Counted from the stretch's first letter, positions 13,601 to 26,534 are shown. The stretch: 64,000 nucleotides of DNA from Monocercomonoides exilis PA203 (GCA_001643675.2 LSRY02000014.1:124001-188000); one strand, 5' to 3'. Program-made: numbers and translations. The notes: generated from the sequence alone by a model not told the origin.

Positions 13601-15459
13601 CGTGTGGGCGGTGTGGATGCACTCTCTTTGGCAGAGCGGCTGAGCGAAGACGACGGAGGCGAAGAAGACGATGAAATGGTTGAGAAGCTGGTGAGAGGAT
13701 CGCCAAATTCCTGTGAAGAAACACTTTTCGCTCTGCCTCCTTCTTCCACGCCTGCAGAATTGACGGAACCTTCTGCACTGCCTGACGCAGCAGATGGAGA
13801 GCGTAGATGGCTTCTGTTCCCATGTCCATGATGATTATGATGGCGATGACGATGACTGTGAGGACGTGTGCCATCACTCCTAACAGACTCACTTGCTCCT
13901 TCACTTCCATTGAGCTGCCCAGCTGTGCCTTCTTTCGACTCGTCAAACTGCCAATTTGCAGGGCGTATCGACACATACGACGGGAACGGCTTTGTTCTGT
14001 AGCACAACTTGTATGCATCATACACGAACAGATTGGGGTTCTCGTTTGGCGGGAAGTGCATGAGTGTTTTGAGGGCGGTGATTTGGTCGGCGCCGATGAC
14101 CTTGTCGCGGAGGGAGATGATCATCGAGACAGCCACATAGTCCATCAGCTGCAGCGACGCCGAGGGCGGGTCGAAGGCTGAGATGCACGCAAACACCGCA
14201 TCCCACACACGCATTGCATCGTCGATGTGGAACTCCCGCAGAAAGATCAGCCGCATCCACTTCATCAGGAAGTAGTGTGGCTCCACCCCCAGCTTCTCCA
14301 TCGCATGGAACATCTTCGGATCCTTCGACTTCAGAATCTGATACACCCTTCGTGCAGACTTCACCACAGTTGGTACATTTCCTGTTGGTTGTGCACCTGC
14401 TCCGCCTGCCCCGCCTCCGCTGTCGCCATGAGACGCAAGATCGCTGATGCCCAGAATCTCGTTCAGCTTCTGCTGTTTGATCAGATCGTGCCCATCGTTC
14501 TCCTTTCCGCTCTCATTCGGGTTCGGCTCTTCTCCGCTCAGCGGCTTCGTCTCAAAATACCACTTGCCCAGATGAGGAATAAGAAGCGAAAAGGCTGTGT
14601 ATAAATCATGCTCAAGATACTTCGGGTCAAGCAGATCAGCCAAAAGCTCTGCACGAGAGAATTCTTGCGTTTGAACTGGTTTTGGTTCTGGGGCAGGCAC
14701 AAATGGTGCGCTTAATGGATCGAGCTCTTCTGTCGCCTCTGATCCTTCCACAACTTGAGGTGGTGCACTTTTTTCTTTTGAACTTTTCTCATCCGATTCA
14801 CTATCTGGTTCTTTTGTTTTATCGTTTTCATCCAATTTTCTAAGGTCATTAATATCGAATGTATTTTGAGTGAATATATAGTACAATCCTGCGAGGATCT
14901 CATGCATTCCCTGACGATAATTTAGATCAGGATGCTCACGAACCCACACAAGAAGAACAATTCGAAGTGTATCCATAACCTTCTTTCTATGAAAATATGC
15001 ATACTCAGGGAAAAGTCGTTGCAAATCCTGAAGTAATAAAGTCTCAACTTTTTGATTTTCAAAATACTTTCCCCATGCCGAATTTTCAGCTGTCGAGAGC
15101 GGATTATCCATAAGCGGATCTGATTCAGGAGTTGCATGAGGATCAACTAATAATTCTTGCCGCTTTGTTTCAAATAGCTGACGAGATTCCTGAAATTTTC
15201 GACGCCAATTCTCTCCAGGTTCACCTTCGAATTCTCCCAAAAAAAAGCGCCAGCAAACAGGTCGTATAAAACAGTCGCTTAGACCTGTGTTAATTGCTAA
15301 GTCTCGCGCCTTTTCTCCACATTCATCTCCAGTTTCTCCAAAAAGAGTTTGAAACTCGAAACTTCAGATGGAAATAAATATTCATTGTTTACAAAAAAGT
15401 CTCAAAATAAAAATACATATTGCAATTTAAAAGGCAAACAGTGCAATTTTTGCAGCCAT
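10615..15459 (-). CDS. TBC1D5: TBC-domain Rab GTPase-activating protein, TBC1D5-like, with long low-complexity/coiled-coil C-terminus
   Basis: Short exon 1 (ATG 15459) spliced to a large exon. RPVCWRFFL, DNPLS...WGKYF, QDLQRLFP (Arg finger), YRQGMHEILA (Gln finger), LEHDLY, KWMRLIFLREF, VWDAVF. The NPLS..W.K.F segment is typical of TBC1D5. Confidence 0.9.
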
Positions 15460-15736
15460 TCTAAAAATTAGTTTTGCTCAAAAGTTTCTCTTAAAACCAG
15501 ATTAAAATAAAAAATTTCTTTGAAAATTTTAAACTAAGGTGCACATGATCTCATTTGTTGAAATTGAACATAAATCAACTTTTAATTTAATAACATTAAT
15601 TCTTGATATTACGTTTTTTAGAAGAAATTTACACAGAAAAAATAAAATTATGCATAAAAATTTTAATTTGATGTGATTTTCTTTTTTTACGGATGACGTG
15701 ATTGTTGTTTTTGCGTACGCTTCATAATTTATATTT

Positions 15737-16757
15737 ATGGACACACTCATCAGAAAAAACAAAGTTTGCTATATCTTGATTATAATCTTTCAAGATAATA
15801 TCGAAGCCATTTCTCATAGGTTGTGGAGTTTTTGCGTTTGGAATACAAAGTGAAAACATTTCTTGATCAAGAATTGAACGAACCTTTGAAAGGAAGCATT
15901 ACTGATGCTGTGAAGGATGGAACTCTTATTGAATTTTTGAACGAAAAGTGTTCTGGAAAGCCTGTGGGTTACAACAAAAATCCGAAAGAAACTTTTGCTC
16001 GAATTGATAACATTCGAATATTTAATAATATTTGTGAAAATCAGTTTGGTTTGGAAAAAAAATAAATTGAAATATCGTAAATTATTTTAATTTTTTCTTT
16101 TTCAATTTTCAAGGGATACCGAAACAAGATCTTGTTGATATTGTTCAAACAGATGACTCTTTAATGCTCGTTCAAATTTTAACGCTTATTGCAAGGATAT
16201 TCAAATTGATGAAAGAAAAAGGATTTATTAAATCCAAACTTCCTTCTGATGCTGATTGCCCTAAAACGTTTGAGGAAAACGATATGAAACGAGGAAAAAC
16301 CATTCTGGAGGAAGCAACAAAAGAAATGAAAAAGGAAGGAAAAACAGTTGAAGATATTTTGGATCTTGCAGGAGATGAAGAAGATACAGAAACGGGAACC
16401 GAAGAGGATGAAGATAAAGACGTACGAAAAAGAGACAGCGTATGATTTTTTTCGACTTTATTTATTCCTTTAAAACCATTCATTATATAGAAAGACGAAA
16501 GAAAAGAAAAAGACGACTCTTCTGAAGAAGATGAAGAAGAGAAGAGTGAAGCGAAAAGTAAAAAGGGAATAACAAAAAAGATTTTATTCTGTATTGCTAT
16601 TGGATTAGCGGCTGTGTGCTATTTTTTATTCTTATTACAATTGTGAAAAATGTTTTAATTGGTTATTTTCTTTTTTCAATGTTTTTAACTTATTTTTTAA
16701 AAATTGCAGATTGGAGGTTTTGCTTATTTCCGCATGAATCAAAATAAACAAAAATAA
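15737..16757 (+). CDS. Calponin-homology (CH) domain protein with acidic linker and C-terminal transmembrane tail anchor, 5 exons
   Basis: Exons ~15737-15763, 15820-16048, 16114-16439 (alternative donor at 16422), 16491-16613, 16710-16757, all GT-AG and in frame. CH motifs AVKDGTLIEFLN and IDNIRIFNNICENQFGIP..DL. Ends ILFCIAIGLAAIGGFAYF-RMNQNKQK*. Confidence 0.8.
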
Positions 16758-17338
16758 GTTCTTTCAACTAAATTCTTTTTTCATTAACGCTACATGATAA
16801 TCTTTTTGATGAAAATTAAAATTTTATTTTTATTTTTTTAAAAGCTTTAATTGCATAAGATTCAAAATTTTTGAAGTTTTCTTTTTTATTGGGGATGTAT
16901 TTTTGCGAACCTCACAACTTCTGGAACATTCTTGATATTTTTGTATTGTTTCCTGTCAACGCATAACTCAAATTTGTGCATCTTCATCAATCAATCTTTT
17001 GAACAATTAAAGCTTTGTTTTTCAAAATAATTTTTTTTTCAAAAAGTGATTCATAAAACCGTAACAATAATCAACAATAGAATATGATTCTCGCAGCATT
17101 CTCGAAAAGTGAATTATTATACCGTTAAAAAAGTCTTATTTCTTCAATTACATTTTCAATTCAATTGTTTAGCTCTTCAATCTTTGTTTTTCTACTCAAG
17201 TTTGTTCCTCTCATGAAATACTGATTTCTCTTAAATTCACGTTTTATTTTGCATTCGTTTGCACACATAACTAACATGAATATGACATCTCGATCGAATT
17301 TCTAAATTTTTCTTCATTTCAAATTTAATAATCTTATT

Positions 17339-20300
17339 ATGGGCATAAAAACCGTTAATGTCTTATTATCCATCTTTTTTGAAGGTTTTGCAGCAATGCC
17401 ATCTAAGAGGGTGTGAAACATCATTTTTGTATAAAATTGTCCTTATTTATTTGTTGAATTATTTGTAGCATTCGTGTCGGGGAGTTTTTCAAAGATTTTG
17501 ATCCTCTTCGTTCATGCAAATGTACCCCTTCACAATTTGCTCGTGTCCTTTCAGCAGAAAAGTTTACACTCTCTCCAGAAGATATTAATTTGCTTGTTGA
17601 AGCGTATAAAGAGCCTGATGGAAAGATGGTGAATTACAAACGCTTCACAGATGAAGTTGAAGCTTCTTTTGTTGGAAAAGAACTTGAAAAATCTCCAACA
17701 ACGAAAACAAGAGCACTTAATTTATCAACTGTTTTAGCAGTGACACTTCCTCCTGAGGAAGAAGAGCTTTATCAAAAAACACTTCGAGAACTTCAAGAAA
17801 TTGTTCATTACAGACGAATGAATGTTATGGAACATTTTCAAGATCATGACAGACTTAAGAATCATCACATCACCCAACCACAATTCATAAGATGCATGCC
17901 ATTTTCTTTGAGTGAAGAGCAGTTGAGAGTTCTTTGCAAAAAATACACTGATGGAAAACCTCAAGATGGTGTAAACTACCATAAATTCGTATTTGATATT
18001 TCTAATCCTCCTCCAGAGGAAGATTCAACAAGTCAGTGGGTTTCAACGGGATCACTTAGAGAATTGGAAAAACCGAAGCAAAAGCCACCTGAAGCTGTTG
18101 CAGTTATTACCAAAGTTCAAGCAATGGTTTTAAAAGGAAGCATTCGTTTGATGGAATTTTTCAGCGATTACGATAAACTAAGATCGGGCATTTGCCTTCC
18201 GGAGCATTTTCGAACTGCCCTTTCAGCAGCAAAGGTTTGTAATTAATTAATCCAGATCGAATTTTAAAATTCTCAATTTTTCAAATTTTTTAATAAAGAT
18301 CGAATTAACGGGACCAGAATTGGATGCGCTTGAAGCTCAGCTTCGTGTTTCAGAGACAGACAGGAGAATGCGATATCGTGATTTTGTGAATGAAGTTGAT
18401 GAAGGTTGGTAAATCAATTATCATTAGTTTTTTTATATGCCTATTTCAAATTGCAATTGAAATTTCTCATTTCCTTTTTTTTAATGTACAACAATCACAC
18501 AGTCTTTGGCGCACCTCGCAACATGGAGACACAGCCTTATCTGTGCACACAGCCAGTCTCCCTGCGCTCGCTCATCCCGTCTCGCTCTCCCGATCTCTCA
18601 GAAGAGACCATCGCCTTTGCACAGAAGACACTCGATCAGATCTGCACATTCGCACGGAAGCGGCGCCCGCTGACAAAGACCTTCTTCCAGGCATTCGACA
18701 TCACCAACTGCGGAAGAATGCCTGCACCACCGTTCCGCTCAACGGTGTTTGCACACTATGGAGGGTCTGCCCTCACCGATGAGATGCTTTTGGCGCTGTC
18801 AAAGTACTACACAGACCCCGCCACAGGCGATGTGCGCTACCTCGACTTCCTGAACGACGTGGAGGACGCAATCGCCCCGCTGGAGATGGATGCGGGTGCT
18901 GAGATCTTCCGCAGCGGAAGGCAGACTTCGACCAACCCGGCTGGATCAACTTCTACCTCGGGCTATGGCGAGCGGTCGATGAAGACGATGAACAGGCCAT
19001 TGGCGATGAAGCAGGCGTCGAAGTTCACAATGACAACAGAAAGGAAGATGCTGCCTGAATTCCGACCAGAAACAAAAGCACCAAGTATTGATGTGCTGTT
19101 GGAAAGGATGAAGCTGCAAGAATTGAGAGAGCGAATGAGACTAAGCGAATTCATGAAGTATGCATCAAATACATACAAATAGAATGAAAATTCTATAATT
19201 TTTTGAAAAAGAGAACGGATACTTATTTTTATTGAGAATAGTTTATATTTTTAAAAAAATTTTGATTATTTTGAGTTATTAATGTTTTTTTTTCTTTTTC
19301 TTTTTTCTTTTTTTTTCTTTTTTTTGCTATTTTCAAATATTTTTACAAATTTATTTTTCTGATGTGTATTTCTTTGTAACCTTTCAGAGACTACGATCCA
19401 CTCCGCAAAGGACTTATTCCCCGGACGCGTTTCCGCTCGGCGCTGAATCTGGCGAAAGTGGAATTGTCAGAGCGGGAGTTTGAGATGCTTGTGGAGGAGT
19501 TCTCAGACCCCACTCAGATGGCCGGGCTGAGCGAGACGCACCGCAAATCGCAGCTGGACACGTCGGACTCGCTGCCGACGATCCGCTGGATGGACTTCTG
19601 CGACACTGTGGATTCCATCTTCACTTCAAAGAAGCTCGAGAAGGCACCCACACGTCACCTGGAGCCTGCCGCACTCTCCACACTGCGCAACCTGTCGATC
19701 ATCGACCCCGTCTACTCCACAAAGTCCGAGGCGCTCCAGTCAGTCATTTCGGAGTACCACGAAATCATGGTCACGCGGAGGCTGTTTATGAAGCCTGCTT
19801 TCCAGGACTTCGACCGCCACAACAACGGGAGAGTAACGGTGGCGCAGTTCAGACAGGCTCTGGACATTCTGAAGCTACCCATCAACGAAAGCAGAGCGAA
19901 CCTGCTGTGTGCACACTATCGCGACATGATTGTACCGACTGACGTGAACTACTTGGCATTCTTGCGGGATGTGGAGAGGGAATCCGCTGAAGAGTTGCAG
20001 GAGAAGGAGGAGATGAAGCAGTTTGAGGAGATGGCTGCTACGAGAGAAAGAGACTTTGCAATGAAAAGAAAAATGCAGAGAGAAGCAGCAAGAGGTTTGT
20101 TGTTATTCTATTAAATCTAACTGAGTTTACATGACTATTTCCCAATGTTTTATGAATATTTTTTTTGCTTAATATTTGCAGCTTCTATTACTGACTCAGA
20201 GATGCTTCGCCATCTTCAATCACGCACAAAACAGAAGTCGATCCGCTGGAAAGAGTTTTTCGTTGATTTCGACCCACTCCGCACAGGCTATGTAGCCAAG

Positions 20301-20813
20301 CAGCGTTTCCGCTCATGCTGCGACTCGGCAGGAATGACACTCACAGACGAAGAATTCGACTTTTGCATAAACAGCTTCTGCGACGACCCAGAGAACCGCA
20401 GCGGAATGGTGCACTACACAGCGTTTGCAGACACGATGGACTCTGTTGTGACGATGAAGGGATACGAGGAAAATCCGAGCCTCGGAGCACCGGAATGGAT
20501 CCCACCGACAAAGAAAGGGCTCTCGACGCCTTTGTCGCCAGAGGAGGAGCAGATGGTTAGTGAGGCGATTCAGCGGTTCCATAAAATAGTGAAGAACAGA
20601 GGACTGTTTATGAAGCCCCACCTGAAGGACTTTGACAGGTTGCACAACGGACACATCACAGCAGCACAGTTCCAGGGATCATGTGGAACATTGGGACTTG
20701 GATGGAAGTCAGAAGACGAGATGAATGCAGTGATTGAGAAGTTTTCTGACTCATTGGGCTTTTTGTACATCCCGTTTGTTGACTCTTGTGAAGAAGGAAG
20801 GATTGTGCAGTAA
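17339..20813 (+). CDS. Multi-repeat paired EF-hand protein (FAP115/EFCAB6-like, probably axonemal), multi-exon
   Basis: About eight repeats of (I/L)R..EFF.D(F/Y)D.LR.G....QF...L followed by V.Y..F, spread over ORFs 17590, 18406, 19458 and 20145 and joined by GT-AG introns. The start codon is uncertain. Confidence 0.8.
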
Positions 20814-21511
20814 TTACATTTGATGTGAAAAAAAAGAAGTTATCATGATTTGTTATGTTAATTTAATAATTCTGTTTTGTTTTTTATTTTCATGTCATTT
20901 ATTTCTCAAAACATTAATACAATTTGAAACGAATGAATCAGTTATTTTTTTGCAGTTTTTGCTAATTTTTTTAACTGCCTAAAGTTATTCTTATGCATGA
21001 TTTTCTGTTCAATCCTTTCGTTATTCGCCCGAACGATCTTTCTTGAAAAGCAATATTTTCTTCAATAAATGCGTAGAAAATCTAATAAAATAGGAGTGAA
21101 AAACGTTCTTCATTTCGTAATTATTTTTCTCTCATTTTCATCAATGCAACAATAACGTATAGGATGAAAGAATTCATTTTGAAAAAAAAGGAATATTCAA
21201 AATGCTATCCATTTAAAATTGCTTTCCCTTTCAAAATGAAATAAAACCTCCTCCTTTTTTAGGTGCTTAAAATCTTTAGAAAGTTAAATGCTGTGATGAT
21301 TGAGGTTGAGCGTGTTAATATTTAAAAAAAAAATACATACATACAAACACACATTCAGATGCTTTCTGAAATATGTCATTACAGAAACATAAAGTTACAT
21401 GATAATAATGAAAACAAAAATAAATAAAAGAAAGAAAAACTATTTAAATTCTCACAAAACAAGTTAAATAAAACAAAATCACAATAAGACTGCTCTTTGT
21501 AACACTAAAAA

Positions 21512-24500
21512 TCAATAATTTGTATCCTCTTCATTGTCAAGAGGATCGTATAGCTTTCGTTTTTTTCTTTTCAAGATACAAACAATAATTATCACAACCA
21601 CACAAACACAGAATGCACCGGGAAGCACAATGACTAATATCAATTGTGTTGTTGATAATTCATTGAGCGATGTAGCCAAAACAACTTCATTCGAATACTT
21701 GCTTTGTAATTCTAGTCCACAAGAATACAAAATACGGCATAGGAACATAGTGTCTTTTTTGTTCTCCAGCATTGCGTGTGGAATCATTATTTTCATCTCT
21801 GTCTCATCCACAGATTCTGTTAATGGGTAATGATTCACCTGTAACTCTTTTCCATTTTTCACTTCTCTAATTTCAAGAAATAGATTGCAAGGAAATAGAT
21901 TTCTTCCTCGAATTACAGCAGAAATCTCTTCATCTGCTCCTTCATTGCTTTTTGCATTCCTTGCATTGCTTTTGCTTTTCTTAATGCATGTTATATTATT
22001 CAAAACAGGTGTGAAGAAGCACGAATCCATCTCTTCAGCTGCTTTCCCTTGGACTTTAAAATTCGAGAGCATGCCAAATGGTTTTCCGTCTAATCCATCG
22101 CTTCCAGGAGCCAAAGAGTGAATGAATTGCGAACTACGATTGGTGCTTTTGAATGATCGGATGTTGTGCCGAAAAGAAGGAAACTTCTCCCAATTCTTAA
22201 AAATTGGGTGGTTGTTTTCAAAAAAACAGTTATTCAGTTCAAAAGAAGACGATTTTGCTAAAATAGCACCATCTCCAATATTCACAAAAGAGCTGTTGTT
22301 AATATACGCATGTTCACACCCTTCAAGCAGTACCAGGCCAGAATCCCATATGCACAAATTATCATTCTCTTCGTAGCTTCTAAAGTAATCCTCAAATTTT
22401 GCGTCTTTTTTGCTAAAATCCAAAAAGTTCTTCTTATTTTCGACATTCCCGCAAGCCTTTTTATCAGAAATATTCTCGTTTCTCCCATAAACTACGAGTT
22501 GTGTGATATTTACTGCTTCTCCTTTGATTGAAATCAGTTTGTAAGGAAGTTGTTTTCCTTCTCCTCCAAGTACATTTTCTCCTTTTAAGCTAGTGTGCCA
22601 GGGCCTGAATATAACATCAACAATTACTAAATCATTACTCCCTCTTATTAAATCAAGTGCTTCTCCTTCAATAACATCTGGGTATTCAATGTCAATGTGC
22701 TCGAATGTTAGACATTCAAATATTTGTTCAAATACAGCACTTTCTTCCTCCACTTCAAAATTTGCTCCGATACGGAGAACTCCACGATCAAGCTCCATCA
22801 TTTGATATGAATGCTTTTGCGATGAAGATAAAGGTGAGGATCCTTTAAAGGCAGAAGTTAGAGTCACTTCTCGTTCAAAACTTATCGGCTTGTCCACAGA
22901 AACTCTATCAATGACCAGCATCATCACATGCGAAACATTTAAAAGATGTTTTTTGCCAGTGCTAATAAGTCCACATGGCTCGTCAATTCTTCCACACGTC
23001 TTCTCATTGCTGGCTTTATCGCTTCCAATGTAAATTTTCTTCGAAAAAAATGGCAATCTATTTGTTAAATCGCTCATAAGGTCAATAATATTTTCCGCTC
23101 CACTCTTCCTCTCTTCCACCAAAATCAGATTCTCTTCTCCATAATTCTCCTCCATCTCAAACGTAATTTCATTTTGTATCTGCTTTATTCCTATTGGCAA
23201 GGAAATATAACAGTATTTTCCTGCGTCGGCGTCGCAGTTCGAGAATAACAAGCCATCCAACTCGAGTTCAATACATTCAATCGCTTTTCCCATTGCTTCG
23301 ATGTAAATTGCTCCGCCTTTCGATTTTTCGTTTGATTTTATGTTACTATCTTTTGCATCTGCATATGAACTTATGCATGAACACTTGGTGAAGTTCATTT
23401 CGACAAACGTCATGGGATTTTGGCTATCTCCAATTTCTAAATATAAAGCCCCGCCCATTTTATGCTCAGCTGACCTACAATTCGAAATGTTGCCAAGGTA
23501 AAACGAGCACTTTTTGCATTCAGTCAAAACTGTAACAACAGATTGACTCTCACTTGATGTAACAATGTTGTCTAAAACAAAAAAATCAAAATCGACTTCT
23601 TCAGAAGCTTTTGCAAATATCAATGCGAGCGTTGATGAAAAGTCTTTAATTATAACTTTGGTAAAAAACAATGATCCCGATCTGCTTTCAATAAGAATAC
23701 AGTTTAGCATTTGCTTTGAATCTGCTGGTGCGATGCTAACGTTATAAATATTAATTGAAGAATCACTTTCATAGCCCACGAATAACCCATTGCGTCTTCC
23801 ACTTGATCTTGATGTATTCACTTGTACATTTGCTCCAGAAAGTTCAAAATATGCATTTTTCTTTACATTAAATAGTCCTTCACCTGGATGAACTTTCAAC
23901 TCATCCAACGCTGTGATAAGACTTATCATTTTGTTGGTACTGCCTGACAATTCAATATTTCGCTCTTCGATAAAAATGGGTTCAGTATCATGCTTATTGC
24001 AATCTTCTGAAGTGTATATATTATAATATCTTCCTGGGTAGCAATTTTCAACTGCCTTCTTTATCGTTTTGCACGGCGTCTTTTCCTCTCTGCCGCATTC
24101 TGCATCATCAACCCCCTTTGCGCCATCAACATTTACTCTTGATGTTTCAAAATAGAACCAGTCGTCGCGAATTTTTATCGAGCCATTTTTCAATATCACT
24201 CCAACTCGATTCTTTGAGGTGAAACTGTAAGAGGTATCATCAAAAGGCGAATGAGACATTTCAGCATCGCCATAATAAAGTAGTGCAACATCGTGTCCGC
24301 TATGATGTGCAAAGTTTCTCTTAAAAAAGCAATTTTGAAACAATCTTTTGTCGTATTTTATTTCTTTATCTCCAAAATTTATAAAAGCTCCGCCTCCATA
24401 ACGAGCTGTGCAATATATGAAACTTCCATTAACATCCTCAAACCCATTCATCAGCTGTAAGTCAAGTATTGTCAATCCTCCTCCATCTTCGGTGGCTTTG

Positions 24501-25570
24501 CATTCCTGAAATGTGACATTTTCCAATCTCACTTTTCCCTTCACTAACCCAATCATCATTCCTCCTCCTCGAATTGCAATTCCAAAACAAAACTTCGTGC
24601 CAATAATACTTAATTCGCTTTCTGCATGCAACATCTCAAAAAACAAAGACCCTCCCTTTTTTGATCCCTCTGATCTAACATTATCCATTTCGCATTTCAA
24701 AATTGTTATTTGAGCTTTTTTGCTTACTCCGTAAATCGCTTCCAGTATACTTGGCATCGCTGTTACTTGATTCACTTTAACAAATTTGCTTTCTTCTAAC
24801 GTGAATGAATCCGGAAGTTCCAAAGCGCATCCTTTTCTCAGCATTGTATTATTGATTTGGAGACCTTTCAACTTTTGCACATTAACTCCTTCGGAAATAT
24901 GAATCATCGCTGCCCCTGAACAGTAATAATTATCAAACAAGAGAAATTTTAGTCCGTCAACAACGACCTTTCCTTCTGTAATTATCATTATCGAAAAATG
25001 AAAGCATTCAAATGTACAATTTTCAAATTTTATGAAGCAGTCACTTATTGTCAAGTCTCCATCAATGCCATTGGATAAAATAATTGACGAAAGACTCTTC
25101 ACTTCATCTAACGCTTTCTCAGTTTTAGACAGCTGAAAAATGAAGGTTAAATGCTCCAACTTTAAGATTTTTTCGTTTGTCATGTGAAATTTTCCGTCTT
25201 CAGTAAGAGCTTTTAAATCAAAATATACTTTATTCTCTTCTATTTGACTTGATCCTGCTATTGTTAATTGGAAAACCTTTGAAAACATAAAGCCATAAGG
25301 TATCAAAATTGAGTCAATAATCTTTAAGATTTTATCTCCAGTTCCTTTTCCAAGCTGTTCAATCCCTTTTCCAATTGATCTGCATGGCTTTGCTTCTGCT
25401 CCGCAATTTGAATGCGAGTCATTGCCCTTTTCGGAAACAAAAGCAATATCACACCACTCTTCATTTAATCTATAAAATTTCTCTTTAAAATATATTTCTA
25501 TATTCCTCTGTTCAAAGGCGAAATTTCTTGATGAAAGTAATATTGTCAATGATATAATTCCAATAATCAT
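21512..25570 (-). CDS. Type I membrane surface protein with Pmp-like GG(A/G/S)xx / FxxN beta-helix repeats, 1352 aa, single exon
   Basis: Hydrophobic N-terminal signal, three CG....PC modules, KGGSLF/RGGGMM/DGGGLT/YGGGAF/KGGAIY motifs, C-terminal TM (LILVIVLPGAFCVCVVVIIIVCIL) followed by KRKKRK and a short tail. Confidence 0.85.
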   Translation of the reverse strand: MIIGIISLTILLSSRNFAFEQRNIEIYFKEKFYRLNEEWCDIAFVSEKGNDSHSNCGAEAKPCRSIGKGIEQLGKGTGDKILKIIDSILIPYGFMFSKVFQLTIAGSSQIEENKVYFDLKALTEDGKFHMTNEKILKLEHLTFIFQLSKTEKALDEVKSLSSIILSNGIDGDLTISDCFIKFENCTFECFHFSIMIITEGKVVVDGLKFLLFDNYYCSGAAMIHISEGVNVQKLKGLQINNTMLRKGCALELPDSFTLEESKFVKVNQVTAMPSILEAIYGVSKKAQITILKCEMDNVRSEGSKKGGSLFFEMLHAESELSIIGTKFCFGIAIRGGGMMIGLVKGKVRLENVTFQECKATEDGGGLTILDLQLMNGFEDVNGSFIYCTARYGGGAFINFGDKEIKYDKRLFQNCFFKRNFAHHSGHDVALLYYGDAEMSHSPFDDTSYSFTSKNRVGVILKNGSIKIRDDWFYFETSRVNVDGAKGVDDAECGREEKTPCKTIKKAVENCYPGRYYNIYTSEDCNKHDTEPIFIEERNIELSGSTNKMISLITALDELKVHPGEGLFNVKKNAYFELSGANVQVNTSRSSGRRNGLFVGYESDSSINIYNVSIAPADSKQMLNCILIESRSGSLFFTKVIIKDFSSTLALIFAKASEEVDFDFFVLDNIVTSSESQSVVTVLTECKKCSFYLGNISNCRSAEHKMGGALYLEIGDSQNPMTFVEMNFTKCSCISSYADAKDSNIKSNEKSKGGAIYIEAMGKAIECIELELDGLLFSNCDADAGKYCYISLPIGIKQIQNEITFEMEENYGEENLILVEERKSGAENIIDLMSDLTNRLPFFSKKIYIGSDKASNEKTCGRIDEPCGLISTGKKHLLNVSHVMMLVIDRVSVDKPISFEREVTLTSAFKGSSPLSSSQKHSYQMMELDRGVLRIGANFEVEEESAVFEQIFECLTFEHIDIEYPDVIEGEALDLIRGSNDLVIVDVIFRPWHTSLKGENVLGGEGKQLPYKLISIKGEAVNITQLVVYGRNENISDKKACGNVENKKNFLDFSKKDAKFEDYFRSYEENDNLCIWDSGLVLLEGCEHAYINNSSFVNIGDGAILAKSSSFELNNCFFENNHPIFKNWEKFPSFRHNIRSFKSTNRSSQFIHSLAPGSDGLDGKPFGMLSNFKVQGKAAEEMDSCFFTPVLNNITCIKKSKSNARNAKSNEGADEEISAVIRGRNLFPCNLFLEIREVKNGKELQVNHYPLTESVDETEMKIMIPHAMLENKKDTMFLCRILYSCGLELQSKYSNEVVLATSLNELSTTQLILVIVLPGAFCVCVVVIIIVCILKRKKRKLYDPLDNEEDTNY

Positions 25571-25879
25571 GTGGAGATTTGGAAAAATTGTTCAATTATT
25601 TCATAAAACTCTTATGGGTATATTAATTTCTGAAAGAACGTTGTGAATGTTTATAATAAGTAATTAATACTTCTTTTATTATATAAATATTGGATGAACT
25701 TTGGAGCAATTAATTTGTGATTAAGAATCCAAAAAAATACTTCTTTTGCAAGCAATGTTTCAATAAACATGACATTTCCAATCATTCAACAATCAAAAAG
25801 AATTGAAGATCATTGATATCAGCTCCAAAAAGCAATTTGGAAAAGTTTACTTCCCTATCAACAGTTCTCATTTCCGTAC

Positions 25880-26476
25880 CAATTCCATCTTCAATCTTCA
25901 ACAATAAATAAAAAAAATACTTTATGCGATAATTGTTATTTGAAGAATATCTCTGTTTGTCTTTAGCATCCATTTCATGATAAAGAAATGAAAATGAGTG
26001 ATGTATTCGTGTTTGACAAAATATACAAAAATATCAAAAAGAATCGCACTGAGCAGGATTTGAACCTACGCGGGATGAACCCAGCAGATTTCTAGTCTGC
26101 CGCCTTAACCACTCGGCCATCAGTGCTCGTTATGGGAACAAAACCTTTTCCAATTTTCTCCTTTTTGTTGTTTTTCGAGAAAATCTCATTTTCATTCCAT
26201 ATTTTTTTTTTTGCAATAAGCTTTTAATTTAAATTTTCTGATTCAATATGCGATTTTCTTATGAGGCTTGTTGGTCTTATTAGTTAATGTTAACTTTATG
26301 AAGAGACAATTTTTTTTCTGATCTCAATTGACGCTTCCATTTTCCAAATGATTTGAACAGACATTCCAGTTAATGTCAAACATTCAGAATTGTGAAGGTT
26401 TTGGATGATCAAACACCATTAACATATAAGTTTACACACAAGAATGAAGAAGGAGAAAAAGTGGAAGAAACAATTT
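25880..26476. repeat. Left arm of 597-bp inverted duplication (reverse complement of 35215..35811)
   Basis: Line-by-line comparison found no mismatch; paired coordinates sum to 61691 at both ends. Confidence 0.95.
26045..26126 (-). tRNA. tRNA-Ser(AGA), copy in left arm
   Basis: Exact reverse complement of 35565..35646. Confidence 0.95.
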
Positions 26477-26534
26477 CTTTTTATGAAGAAACTTTTATTA
26501 CATATTCAATATATATTTTTCTGGATTTTGTTCT

